Part shown: in pieces, positions 12,290 to 26,050 of the stretch
Layout: every line of letters begins with the position of its first letter
Position numbering within the stretch: position 1 is the first letter of the stretch
NCBI GenBank assembly: GCA_963693365.1
Contig: CAVNZM010000004.1
Span: forward strand, 5,024,564 to 5,088,563
DNA from: Amoebidium appalachense
Taxonomy: Eukaryota > Protista > Ichthyosporea
Length of the DNA stretch: 64,000 nucleotides
Direction: 5' to 3'
Notes under the pieces: generated by a model
Seen by the model: the letters and a program-made list of their open reading frames with translations, nothing else
Told to the model about the DNA's origin: nothing
The model's database searches: none
Program-made: the position numbers and the translations under genes

Positions 12290-13608
12290 AGATTGTAGTG
12301 ATGTGAAGCTCTCAAGCCAATCAATACATCTAATAAACAGGTCGTAGTTACGCGTGTCCTCGGAGTATAAAATCAAGGATGTTGTAATTTACAGGTAGGC
12401 TATCTTTCTGGGTGTCTGTTGTGAATGTGACGTGTTTGTGTTGCGGTATTATGTGGTCTATCAAACTACTTTAATTGGCGATACATGCCTCGGTTAAACT
12501 GGGGTGTGTGTGTGTTGTTTGGGCATGCAAATGATGCCACCTTATACTTATTAGATCTCCACTGTATAGCACATGTACAGTAAAAGCGAGTAATTGATCA
12601 ATAATACCATCAGCTAGAGAAAGACCAGTTCTACAGGCAGGTAATATGTATTTAGGTGTTATACATTTGCGACGGTGCCATATTTGGCAATATGGTTGAG
12701 GCAATCAGTATATATAAAACGAGACATACGGCTTAGTTTTTCAAGGTGTATGCTTTCATCGGGTCTAGTGTCGTGTGGTATCTTTTTCCATTTGTTGTAT
12801 TGCGTGATTATCTTGTGATTGTGTACATGTTTAATAAGTAAGTGGCAGTCCAAAGTCACACACACACTTTTGCGGGGCCTTCAAGTTATTTGTATTTGCG
12901 CCCAGGGGAGAAGGGGAGAGAGAGAGAGGGAAAGAAAGAGGGGAGAGGTGAGGAGGGGACAGGTCAGATAGAGAAGAGAGGGTGGGAGGGCAAATACTTC
13001 TTTAAGCGGCTTATGTGCTTATTGAATTTCAGCGCAAGATAGGATACTCTAGCAGCTATTGGGACCAGACCATATATCGAGAACGTTACAGGCCCAGGTT
13101 TACAACAGTTGTTAGATAGAAAGGAGGCGTGGAGGCAACTTCTGCTTCAAGGAAATTTGCCAAGGGTTTAAGCGCTCTAGTTCTCTATTTCTTGATCCAA
13201 GCGGCGAGAAGGGGTAAACCATTTTCACATGCCGGGAAGACAACAGTGCGAATAAATGTAAGTCTAATAGAAGGATGGAGGACGGTGTGCCTTTAAAAAT
13301 ATTAGCCGAGAAGAAAGCTAACCGCTTACGAACCAACTCTACCCTCTTTTCGACCATATGGGAAAACATAACACCAACAGAATTAACCGGAACACCAAGA
13401 TATTTGTATTCTGGAACTATAGGTACAGGTTTGGATGATAATGTAAAGTGTGTAAATTGTTAGATATATATCAGGTACAAGAACACCACATTTGTCTATG
13501 TTAAGGATCATAAGGTGTGCCTTGCACCAATCTGACACTACATCGAACAATATATCTTTCCGTCGAATAAATCCAGTCAAAAGAAAAAAGTCATTATTAA
13601 AAAAAAAA
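12290..13608 (-). mobile_element. 5'-truncated LINE RT-to-3' fragment (minus) abutting a plus-strand AATAAA/poly(A) tail
   Basis: Minus strand reads VSDWCKAHLMILNIDKC and PIVPEYKYLGVP (late RT/thumb motifs of LINEs). Plus-strand TTCCGTCGAATAAATCCAGTCAAAAGA plus A-rich tail at about 13557-13608 is also present at 20830-20950. Left boundary approximate. Confidence 0.7.
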
Positions 13609-14091
13609 TTTGCACCGGGAAATTTTTGCACTAGGGATGGTCTCCCTAGACTGTATAGAAAAAGGCTACCTAACATTGTTTGAAATGAAGCTCTGTTCTG
13701 CTCAGCTTTTCTGAGAACTTTTAGACCTCTTTGGGTGGTTATGTGTTTCTCTGTAGGATTTCAGCTCTGTGCTGATTATTGTCACAAAACCACTCCAGCT
13801 TCCACGTGCATAAATGCCCCCCCCCCCCCCCCCCCCCCAACGCCGTAACGGGGGGTTTAGGGGGATAAAAGCTGACTTTCTTTGGCTGCCCAAAAAATGC
13901 CAGAAAACCCGAAGGCTGGATTGGGACACGTCGAGCCGGATATTCTCAGATCGAAATAATGTCGGTGGCCGCGTTGCCGTGAGTGGGGGGATCATTCTGT
14001 GGAGCTACCAGGGTGGGGACAGACAATGGCGGGAAGTTTGCGTGCAACACATATGCAAAATACAAAAATAGGGATGTACAGAGGGAATCGA

Positions 14092-14740
14092 TGCCTCAGT
14101 GAGTGAACTTAACTTAGCCTATTGCTTCTTAGTAACCCCCCCCCCCCCCCCCAGTTTCGGTGTTTCTCTGGTGTACTGAAAGACAGTGTTTGGCTCTCAT
14201 GCCAAGTTGTGCAGCCCCGCGGATCCTTCTCAAGGCTTCTTGATTCATTCTTGCCGACCTCTTTGTCTTAAAACCCTATAGTTGTTTGTTATTCTTTATT
14301 TATTTTTATTTTTGTATGATTCATGATTGATGATTATTATTTTTCGCGCGGAGGGGGAGGGGGGGAGGGTGTACAGAGGGGGGGGGTCACCTGATGGGTT
14401 AAGGTGTGACTCGGCCACAGGATGCCCCCTGTACATGTATCACTCTAGAACCAGACTGTCTGTAACAGTTGTATCAAATGCAAAACAAACAACTAGGTTT
14501 TTAAGAGAAAGAGGTCGGCAAGAAGCCTTGAGAAGGATCCGCGGGGCTGCACAAGGCATGAGAGCCAAACACTGTCTTTCAGTACACCAGAGAAACACCG
14601 AAACTGGGAGGGGGGCGGGGGGGGGGGGGGGGGGGGGGGGGTTGTTTTGAAGATGACAGGGGGGGGGGGGGGGGAAGGGGGGGGGGGGGGAGGGGGTTAC
14701 TAAGAAGCAATAGGCTAAGTTAAGTTTACTCACTGAGGCA
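14092..14740. mobile_element. Foldback/MITE-like element with ~190-bp terminal inverted repeats
   Basis: 14092-14288 (TGCCTCAGTGAGTGAACTTAACTTAGCC...GGATCCTTCTCAAGG) is the near-perfect reverse complement of about 14485-14740. No coding capacity; no TSD recognised. Confidence 0.8.
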
Positions 14741-15227
14741 AATGTGATGATTGTTGCACCATGTTTACTATGGAAACCAATAAAATGATGTCTTTGATTC
14801 GCCAGTGGGCTACATGGGATTTGAACAAAAGACCATGGTTATGAATGCGGGAATTCTTCAGTTGCGCTGAGGCGGTGATTGCTCCACTCAAATTTATGTG
14901 CGCATACAACTCTCGGGTGACCTTAATCCATCATAACGTGAATCTTGAGGGATATATCGTCGTTAACTTACTACAATCCAAAATGTTTTTTAAAGTTGAA
15001 AATCATTATGAAGACGTACTTGCTCTACTAGTACACATGTAATACCGGCAGGCCCCTCCTCCCCTTAACCCCTCCCCCCTCCCTCCCTCTCCCCTCCCCC
15101 CTCCCTCCTCCCCTCCCCCCCGGCTCCCCCTCCCCCTCCCACCCCAAATCTCCCGGGGCAATGTGGCAAAAGTATCAATGATTATGATAGTATGCCCCCC
15201 CCCCCCCCCCCCCTCCCCCCCCCCTTC

Positions 15228-15283
<56 letters not shown>

Positions 15284-15579
15284 CCGGAGGCTCCCACCCT
15301 TCGGTCCTACCCAGTAGCTGACAGAATGAAATTTCCACCGGCACATTTTTCTCCTTCTTTCTTTGTTTGGGTTGCCGCATTCCGGCTAGACACTCTCTGC
15401 CTACCCGTCTCATATACACCCCCTCCCCCCCAACCTCCCGCCACCCCCACCCCCCACACTACCCCCTCCCCCTACCGTGACACTCTAACACATTCATTGA
15501 TTCGCCAGCTTCCGAGAAACTTATCACTCCCCTCCTACCCCCTCCCTCCCTTCTCCCCAACACACAGACAGAAGCCTTA

Positions 15580-16760
<1,181 letters not shown>

Positions 16761-16787
16761 GCACCCACCCATCCACCCACACATAGA

Positions 16788-17268
16788 AGGCCCCAACCAC
16801 CGTGACATCGGCCCGGACCGGCAGAGTCGACTCGCAAAAAGCAGAATTATTCTGCAAATGCAGAATTATTCTGCAAAAAGCAGAATTCAATCGGATTCTG
16901 CAAAAAGCAGAATTATTCTGCAACTGAGGCAGTTATTCTGCAAAGGCAGAATTATTCTGCAAAATGCAGAATTATTCTGCAAAAGCAGAATCATTTAGGA
17001 GACCTTTGCTTTTAGCAGAATCATTCGGCAAAAGCAGAATCACTCTGCTTTTGGCAGAATTATGCTGCTTTTAGGAGAATAGTTCTGCTTTTAGCAGAAT
17101 AAAGCAGATCGATTCTGCTTTTAGGAGATTGATTCTGCTCTTAGCCTATTGATTCTGTTTTTGCAGAACTTGAATTGAATTCTGCTTTTGCTGAAATATT
17201 CTGCTTTTTGCAGAATAATTCAAGGCTGCTCAGATGAGCCTCCTCATCGGATGCAGTGGTTGGGCCCT
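16788..17268. mobile_element. MITE, copy 1: TIR AGG(G/C)CCCAACCAC with arrays of GCAGAATTATTCTGC
   Basis: Terminal inverted repeats; many internal quasi-palindromic 15-mers that switch orientation midway; related copy at 44215-44834. Confidence 0.8.
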
Positions 17269-17470
17269 CACTGACGGATGCACACATGCACCCACCCCGG
17301 TTCCACCCACAGACACATGCACACCGTGATATGCACACATATCGTAGTACACACCGACACACCGGATGCACACAAGCACACAAGCACACAAGCACACCCA
17401 CATACACCCACACACAACGCGCGCCTGCAGGCACATACACACCCTGCACACACGGTACACATGCACAAAT

Positions 17471-17539
<69 letters not shown>

Positions 17540-17942
17540 GCGCGGTCGGACACACGTGACGCACACACACAGTCATACACACGTGACACACACACACACA
17601 CACGTGATTCACACACACACACACACACACACACCGTGGCACATACACCTGCAGACCGTGACACACATACCGTGATGTACACACACTGAGTCTCTGCATA
17701 AATGCGTCATGACATTGTGACATGCTCTTACGTCCCCCCCCTATGATCCGGGGTAGTCCGAGGCTAACGGTTTTAAGGCCGCCCGAGGATTGAATAGCCG
17801 TGGCATTCAATAATCTAGTCACCGGATTTTCACGGGATGCTGCCTTTACTGTTGAAGGGGAAGAGGGGAGAGGGAGGGTGGGGGGAGGAGGAGGATTAAG
17901 TCCAAAGGAAAGGGGGGGGGGAGGGGAGGGGAGGGGAAATGT

Positions 17943-17975
<33 letters not shown>

Positions 17976-18565
17976 AGGGGGGGGGGGGGGGGGGGGGGGG
18001 GGGGAAGGGGGGGGGGGGGGGGGGGGGGGAGGGGGGGGACGGTGATAAATCATTGGTCGATGCGATGGGGACTCCAGGCTTGTTTCAAAGCCGATCATCA
18101 GTGCTAATTCAATACGGTAGTGAACGTGAAAAGTTTCTTCTAGGCTTTCTTTCTTCTTGTGTTATCATTGGCAATCTTTTACTGACTTTTTTAGGCCCCG
18201 TGTGTCTGTTTGGTAGGCCGGTTGAGTATGAAAGGGGGCAGGGGGGGGGGGGGGGGGGGACACTAAAGAATTGTTGAAGAAGGGAAATGGTTTTCCCTTC
18301 TTGAAGGGAAACGTTTCTCCCTTCTTGTCCAAGTGAGGTCTCGGCGGCTTTCTGTCGCATTGCCAACCAAATTTCGAATTCGGCAAAATAGAGCATTCTA
18401 TCTTTTTTCCTTTTCTAAAATTTTCTTTTCCTCCTTTTTTTTTTTTTGTTTTATTACCTGCTCTTTTGCCAGGCCAATGGGCATATTTGGAACCCGAAGT
18501 GTGTCAGTGTGTGTGTGTGTGCGCGCGCATGTACGCTCGCGCGCGCGCGCGCGTGTGTGTGTGCC

Positions 18566-18611
<46 letters not shown>

Positions 18612-18899
18612 CCCGGGGGGAGGGGGGGGGGGGGGGAAGGGGAGGGGGAGGGGCATATCCTTGGAAATGATTCTGCAGAGACCCTGGGTGAGCGTCCTCT
18701 GAAATAAAAGCCAATGGCCTTGTGTATTTGTGGGCGGCCCCGCATATCGGGGTGCACTGTACACGTGTTTTCCTTTTCGATGTTCACGGGGTCTCAGTGA
18801 GTAAGTCGAGGAACGTGTACACCTTGGCTATGTGTGTGTGTATGCTTGTGGGGAAGTGTGACGCGTGTGTGTCAGGGTGACACAGTGTGTCACACGGTG

Positions 18900-18930
<31 letters not shown>

Positions 18931-19999
18931 TGACACAACTTTGTGTGTCTGTGTGTGTGTATGTGCGCGGTGCATTAGTGTGTGTGTCACAGTGCCACGG
19001 TGTGCCGGTGTGTGTGTGTGTGTGTGTGTGTGTATGTTTCTTTTGGGCCCGGCGGGGGGAGGGGGGCCCGGGACTGAGTGGTTGCAGGGATCTCAGAGCT
19101 CGGGGCACTTGTGTGATAGAACTTCATTACAACGTTGCTCACCACAGAAACACAAACACACCGTCCGGTGACATACATGATGCTCAGCTTGGCAACTTTG
19201 TACGCCCACACACACATGCCTGCATGCTCACACACCTGTACACACACACACACGCCCTGGGGCCGTTGGGAATTGGGGCCTCCGGGGGGCATATATATGT
19301 GGTGACTTTCTCGTGGCACACCTGAAACGAGGGCCAGGAGGCTGTGTCCGACGTATTGAAACTTTAAGCCTTGTGGAAATGATTAAGCTCGGTGATCCGA
19401 CTCATCAGTGCAATTGCGCGTCACGGACAGATATACCTCACGACAGCCTGAACGGTTCAAAAAGTCTTAATTAGAGCTGACAGTGAGTGTGAGCCTGCTC
19501 AACTGAGTGTTGCCCTGTTCATGCACATGCTTTGACTTGTGCGGCGTGTACTTAGTCTACAGTAAGTTGCAGCAGGCCGGGCCGAAGTTTGGCAAACATG
19601 CATACAAGGTCACTAAGTTGCGGCTTCACTTGAAGTATGATTCTGAGTGACGATAATCATTCATATTCAATGACTCTACTCTGAGGCTTAATTAAGGACA
19701 TGTACGCGGCACTCGGGGACCCATCATCTGGACCGTCAGTGACGCCATAGGCTATTAGGCTATCTTTCGGCAAAGTTTAGTCCTAGTATAGCGTATCATA
19801 GTACTAGCTACTATATCAAACTGTCTCAGCCCATCCGGATATATTGCCGCCCAGCTCATTTTTAACATACTTGGCCAGAGAAAATTGTGAACTTACACTC
19901 ATTTTGAAGTCACGGTATATGGTACTCAGGTCACGCTAAGTTACTTGCCCTTGTGAAACATATCATCGTCATTGCCATATATATCATCACCGTAATAGA

Positions 20000-20647
20000 T
20001 TAATCATCAAAATTCTTGTGTTGCATACGACGAGGGGCATGCACGCGATTGCGGCGGCGCGAGGGGGTGAACGACTTTGCCTCAGGCTTGTTGACAAAAT
20101 AGAAAGGGTCGAGTGAATGAATGCTACCATCACGGTATGCCGCCATTTCCTCTTCCCGCCGTTCATCTTCACCGGCGTCATCATCAACCTCATGAATACG
20201 GTCGTTGGCCAGTATAGCGGGCGCTGTGTTGTACCCTATTTCGAAACAAGAGCCGAAAACCATTTCCCCGGAGGGCAAAGTCGAGCCGTAACGGCTACGG
20301 CAAGGGGCCGTGCCTGCCTCTGTGTTGCATAAATAACACCCCATTAATCCTTGCTGGCATCGATCACCCCATGCCCACCCAAACTCTCTCAGCCCATCCG
20401 GATAATTGCCGCCCAGCTGATTTATAACATGCTTGGCCAGACCAAAATCATCAATGCATTGAAATTTCAGGTCCAAGGCTGGAACCCACGAGCAGTCCCC
20501 GTGCGTCTTCGGGTCGCATGCGAAGCACCTCACCATACCATCGTCACAGTTGCCCATGACGCTGCCGGCCAGTGCGGCCAGAACCACCACCATAGAAGTC
20601 ATGGCCGCGGGTATGCTCTTCGTGCTCATCATCGTGCTGGTGACCAC
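20000..20647 (-). CDS. Intronless secreted cysteine-rich protein of unknown function (215 aa)
   Basis: High-complexity ORF; hydrophobic signal-like SMVVVLAALAGSVMG; 10 Cys in two C-x6-C-x2-C-x7/8-C modules; acidic then basic tail. Confidence 0.7.
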   Translation of the reverse strand: MVTSTMMSTKSIPAAMTSMVVVLAALAGSVMGNCDDGMVRCFACDPKTHGDCSWVPALDLKFQCIDDFGLAKHVINQLGGNYPDGLREFGWAWGDRCQQGLMGCYLCNTEAGTAPCRSRYGSTLPSGEMVFGSCFEIGYNTAPAILANDRIHEVDDDAGEDERREEEMAAYRDGSIHSLDPFYFVNKPEAKSFTPSRRRNRVHAPRRMQHKNFDD

Positions 20648-20825
20648 TACAGACTCTACCTATCGGCCGAATGAGGCTGTTCGATCACGTTGAAACCGTC
20701 ACTTCTTAGTTTTGTAATGAAACTGGGAAGAAAATGGCCTTTCAAATAAGCGCGGCAGCCACCACATTCAGGATTTTGATTAAAAGCCCGTTAAATCCCC
20801 ATAGAGTCACAAACAAATGGTTGTT

Positions 20826-21608
20826 TGTAAACTTTTTTTTTCTCTCTTTTGACTGGATTTATTCGACGGAAAGATATGCAAGTATGCACGGCATACTGAG
20901 AAGACAATAAAAAAAAACTTTTTTTTCTTTTAACTGGATTTATTCGACGAAAAAAAAACTTCGAGTTATCCAGTAACAAGTGTACACTGAGATACCTGAA
21001 CACTGTGTGAAAATCATATAAATACTCAATGTGACGACCAACAGAATTCAACAAAAAGTCTAAAGTGGTCACATTGCCAGCCAGTGTAGCAGACACCCGT
21101 AGGGAAAGAGGCAAAACGCCACATAAAAACTCACACTATCAACATGCTTGCGATTAAAAGGTTCAGCACAAAAGTGGCACCAGCGGCGATGAAAACAAAA
21201 ATTACAACGCCACTGCACAACTTCCCAGGCAATATCAACATCAGAGCACCATACAGACTTATCTACTAGGGTGGTATCCATACGTACAGCAGGAGAAATA
21301 TATCCTGCCAAAGCCCCAAAAAAGCGATAATGATCAGTAAGGTGTTGCCTAAGGAACATAACACATGCCGACTTTGATTTCTCTATTAGAACGAGAAAGA
21401 AACTTATACTGCGTATATGGTAATAACGCGAAAAGGCAGAAAAAACAGGAAGATCTAGAAAAGAAAGAGGGAGTGAGATAGCGAGAGGAAGAATCAGGTT
21501 GAAAGGGGGTAGGCTGAGGACATTCAGAAGTAGCGTTGGTGAAATGGGGGGGGAAGTTTGTAAACGTGCTTTCTTGTACGAGCGCGGCGCCGCTAGATAT
21601 ATATGCAA
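20826..21608 (-). mobile_element. LINE ORF2 3' fragment with duplicated AATAAA/poly(A) tail
   Basis: Same CHFCAEPFNRKH knuckle as 8614-8976; CGTCGAATAAATCCAG..AAAAGA tail occurs twice on the minus strand (about 20950-20920 and 20875-20830). Confidence 0.7.
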
Positions 21609-22479
21609 TGCTGCTATCCGTGACAGATGTGCCCGAACTTAGGTATGGGAAGTTCGTGGGAAAAATATAAGCGACGTGAGAAAGTGAGTTTGGTCACTCT
21701 ATTACGCGTATTACATCCCCATAAACTCTCGCATTTTTGTATCCATGGCCGGCCACGTCTTCATGTTATTTGTCAGCCTCGCATGAGTCGCATCCCAAAT
21801 CGGGGTTCACACACTTTTTATTGCGTGGACACTGTCGGGGGCCCAGCCCACGGCCCTCTGAAAAAAAGGGGGCCGTGGGCTGGGCAGAGGGCCGTGCCCA
21901 GCCACACTCGACGGCCTACTGCGTTTTCCAGCGCAGCCAATCAAATGCAGCTAGTGACATATCATAATGTACATTTTTTTTTTTGTGGGCAACAATATTA
22001 GCGCCACCGTAGTATACGAGGACACCCCTGCCACCTACGGAGATGGCTCCCAATTTTTCCTTACACATTCAGCGAACACTGGACTCTGTGCTCTATCGAA
22101 CCGTCGAGGCGCCGCAACAGAAAGCATGCACGCGGTCGCGAGAGTGTAAGGAAAACCCCGCCTGCAGCGAACGTAAAGTTCATCGCAGCGCGTGCACACC
22201 GTCAGTACGTGTGAGGCGACACCCCTATTACATATTCAATGATGGGTAAGCAGAGGCTAGCATCGGTAAATCCTTAAAAGTGGGGCCTAGCCATTCTATG
22301 CCGGTCATATAGTCCAAATCCATTTTTACACGATAAAGTCTAAACTATGAATAGGAAACAGGCTTTGGTGCTTTAATTAATAGCATAGAAAAGAAAGCGA
22401 CACACATTATTTAATAAGCAGATCTTGCGGGGCGCAATAAATTTGGACCCCGCCGCCAAATCACATCCCGTACCTGCAA

Positions 22480-22915
22480 GATCTGAATGCGGCAATCTGG
22501 AGCGCTATCGACGCATAAATCGGGCGATTTTAATATTTTTAGAGGAAATCGCCGGCGCTATTCCGGGAAAACCGGGCATCGGTTTCCCGCGAAACGAAAA
22601 TTTTACTAATAAACCCCCCCAAGTTACTCTAACAAAGTGCCTTTCCCGGTTGCCGCTTGAGGCGCGGTGGCCGGCTGGTGACCGCAGGTATAATAGGAAG
22701 TAGTTTTTGAAAAAAAAAATATCTATAAAAGTCACAAGAGGCAATATAGAAATGAGACGTTCTTATAGCAAAAAAATAAGTTACGTCTATTTTTTTGGGT
22801 TTCAGCTATTTCCGCTGCCCGGTTTAGCCGGTACAACACTTGTGGGTTTTGCTGAAAATATCAAAATGGCCCAATTTACGCGCCGATAGCTCGCCAGATT
22901 ACAGCATTTGGATCT
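22480..22915. mobile_element. Degenerate MITE-like inverted-repeat element flanked by ~50-bp direct repeats
   Basis: AGATCTGAATGCGGCAATCTGGAGCGCTATCG... versus the reverse complement of 22845-22915; GATCT(T/C)GCGGGGCGCA...CCCCGCCGCCAAATCAC at 22421 and 22911. Confidence 0.55.
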
Positions 22916-23460
22916 CGCGGGGCGCATCATTTTGAACCCCGCCGCCAAATCACGTCCATCTAATGCCATGCCCGTACCTCGCCTTAAAAAACCCTCTACC
23001 TCCCTAGGGCACGGCCATCTAGAGACTCAGGCCGTCCGTCAGTGACGTAATCGGAATTTTCTCATTAGCTTGCGCAAGATTTGAGTCCGGCTAGCGGAAG
23101 GTACGGTCTATTTTTTGGCGGGAAAAACTATCCCCTTAGATTTATCCGGCTATGGCACTGCAACGTGATTACGGAAGGGAGTAAAACTATTTAAATTCTC
23201 TAATAGACGATTCCAGGCATCTGATTGGATCTATAAACGAAACAGTCGATTACAGAGGGGCGGTCAATCGCCGGTCTGTGTGGCCTGCGCCATTGTAGTT
23301 CACGGCAACGGGGACTCAGGTGAGGGCGGCGTGTTGACGGCACAGTATCATCGAATACAGCCCAGCTTTACATTTTACACGGGGTGCGCTTAAGGCCCAC
23401 CTCGCCCGCTCTTTGCAATACTTCTTTCGGCTTTTCATTTTCTTCCTTACCAACCCAAAG

Positions 23461-24166
23461 ATGGGCAACCCATGTTTTGGTGTACAACTGCAAGAGTAAC
23501 GATGCTAGCGAAGTCCGCAAGAATAGGGGCAAGGAGAACATAGACCCACAGGGAAAGATAAACCCTAAGGGAACTGTTTCTACCTTTAGGTTTCCAAATC
23601 CCGATAAGGAGCCTGAGTTATGGGAGCTGTGGTATAACAACTGCAGCAAAGCAGGGACCACCTGGGATGGTGTTGAACACTTCAAACAAATTTACAAAGA
23701 CGGTAGGCCTTACGTTTGCGTTAAGCATTTCCTTCATGAAGACTACTCAGTCCTCCCAATACCGTGCTACAAATGACAGACACCCGCAGCCCGTTAAGCA
23801 AGTTACGTTCGCAAGGGACCCAAAGTCCTACCCTGCCATCGCCCCCCGCATCTTTTGTGACCCACATGACCCCGCAAAAACCATTGTTCTCCCGGCGACA
23901 AAATTAATGATTCGTACTGCAGCATCCAAAAGAGAAGCGCGGAGGGAAGAGGAGGAAACGGCACTGGCAGAGCGCAAGAAAGCGGAGGAAGAGGAGAAGC
24001 AACGTGGGGTTTGGGCGGAGAATGAAGAGCGCAAGTTGGCTGCACAACAAAAGCGCTTGCGCGAGTTAAATGAGCGGGAAGCAGCAGCGCGCACCAAGCG
24101 AGCTGCACTTGAGCAGAAAAGAGCACGCGAGCTTGCGGACCACATTAAGCTACCGGACCCTGTCTT
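23461..24166 (+). pseudogene. THAP zinc-finger plus coiled-coil ORF, frameshifted and interrupted by the Gypsy element (resumes at about 35851)
   Basis: With one frameshift it reads MGNPC(L)VYNCKSN...TFRFPNPDKEPELWELWYNNC...YVCVKHFLHEDY (THAP C-C...C-x2-H with FP and W), followed by an E/K/R-rich coiled coil. Confidence 0.75.
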
Positions 24167-24884
24167 TGACATATACTAATCCGTCTCAGCAGATTAGCCT
24201 AAGTCTACGATCGAGATCGGGGGGGGGGGGGGGGGGGGGGGTTGGCCCGGGTCACAGATCATCAAGATCAAGTCCGGGGCCTCAAGATAGCTGTGCAGCT
24301 GCGTGCATCATCTTGCCTCTGCCGGCGCAGGGCAGGACCACGTCAGCTGGGACAGCCGACCAATAGTATTCTAATTAGTGTGTAGGATAGATCGTAGGAG
24401 GACTTAGGAATGTGATTGTTCGGGCAGAAGCCCTTTTGTAAATATTGGCAAGTTCTGATAGTGTATGCTGCCAAACGTATTTATATATTTCGATGACAGA
24501 GGAAAGGGGGGAGGGAGGGGGGAGGGAGATAGTATGAAATGTAGAATTAGACTCTGCGGTGCCACTAGGGGAAGGGTGAGGGGTGAGACTTGGATAAATA
24601 CATTAGTTGAGTAGATCGACTTAGCTCGTGCAGGCGCACGATAAAAGTAGATCGGAATGTTAATGGAATGTGGCATCGTAGGGGGCCAGGTGATGATGAT
24701 CTTGTAGGGCACGGCCTTGATGGCCTCAGTTGTAACTTAGACTCAATCCGTACGGATCTAAGTTTGCCCGTCGGAGCCTGGTCTTAATAAACTTTACCGT
24801 TTTTCTATACACGTTCGTTCCTTTTCGTGTGTGTACACTTAGTAGAGTGCCGCGTCTCTAGTACACATATATTAGGATACGACA
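24167..24884 (+). repeat. 5' LTR of the Gypsy element
   Basis: TGACATATAC...GGATACGACA; matches 35136-35845. Confidence 0.97.
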
Positions 24885-24973
24885 AGCTACACCTTTCTTT
24901 TAGTGCGGTTTTTCGCGCTAGGGTAACGCGGTGACAGTTCCTTCTGGGCTGTTGCTACACCTCATACACACAG

Positions 24974-25006
<33 letters not shown>

Positions 25007-25066
25007 ATAAACACAACCACACAAGTTTGGGCACACACCACACAACGGCTCAGTTTAACGTAGACA

Positions 25067-26050
25067 TGTTCTACGCACTGGCAGCGGAGGATAGCTCCCT
25101 GCACACACAGGTACCACAGGTTCATACACTAGACGTTAGACAGACCACAGCTTTCAGTTTTATACTCAAACACGACTCGGAAATACCTAGGTGGCTAAGG
25201 ACACTCCTAGCTAACACACCCACACTAGTGTTAGACACAAAGAAGGCCCCCACTGTGGCGGCCTCGTGCTTAATGATCAAACAGTGCATCGACCACAAAA
25301 CAATGGCCGACTTATGCACCCTGATGGAGGAGCACCCGTACCGGGCCGAGCAGGCCCCCCAGGTGACGGCTCGTATATACGAGCAGCAGTACGACGAGGG
25401 AAGGGACGAGATGGTGTCCCGGACACTCGGCCAGAAACGTCTGGCCGCACGGTTCATCCCCGACGACGAGGACGAGAACAGCACCGACGACGTGGACGGA
25501 GAGCTCGAGGCCTTCACACGGCCGGAAAACGAGCTCGAGTATACGGCCCGGCTCGTCGGCCGATACCTGACGGCCGACCGGCGCCGTACCTTCCGGGCCC
25601 AGCTCAGAGAATGGAAGTATACCTTTCCCACTTTAGATATGTCCCCCGTAGAAGCTCGTGCATTCTTTGAGAGGGAGTATCGGGTCTTTGAAGACCTTTG
25701 TGAGTTAGCAGGTGACGTGAGTGATAGGGAAAAATTCGAGTTTGCTCGTAAGGCTCTCTCTGTAAACACAGACACTGCACGCATGTTTGGGGAGCATGAT
25801 GATGTAGATGAGGTGGTGTTGCATGTTAAACGTCACTTGCTTGCCATGCACGAGGTGAAGTTCAATAAGAGGGATAAAAAGGAGGTGATGGAAGTAGACA
25901 AGAAAAAGAAGGAGAGTGGACCGAAGGGGGAAAAAGAGAAAAAAGAGGGTGAACAGCCAGATGCACTCACCATGTTGGTCAAGCAGGTTGCCGAGCACTC
26001 CCAGGCCGTCTTCTCTGGCCGAGGGGGCTTCGGCTTCCGGGGTGGCCGTG
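25067..26050 (+). pseudogene. gag of the Gypsy element, broken at its zinc knuckle by a nested LTR element
   Basis: Long ORF after the 5' LTR ending RGGFGFRGGRV; the distal half of the knuckle, KGHSAAYC, resumes at 29643. Confidence 0.75.

Noticed and set aside
16830-17220. Regularly spaced repeats resembling a CRISPR array
   Set aside because: No unique spacers, eukaryotic context, enclosed by TIRs.
19622-19690. Possible C/D-box snoRNA (ATGATT/GTGACGA...CTGA with a short terminal stem)
   Set aside because: Box C is non-canonical and I recognised no rRNA guide; would need an Rfam/snoscan hit.
24404-24712. Identical 102-aa antisense ORFs at 24404, 35365 and a similar one at 37015
   Set aside because: They lie within LTR copies; repetition reflects LTR identity, not coding selection.
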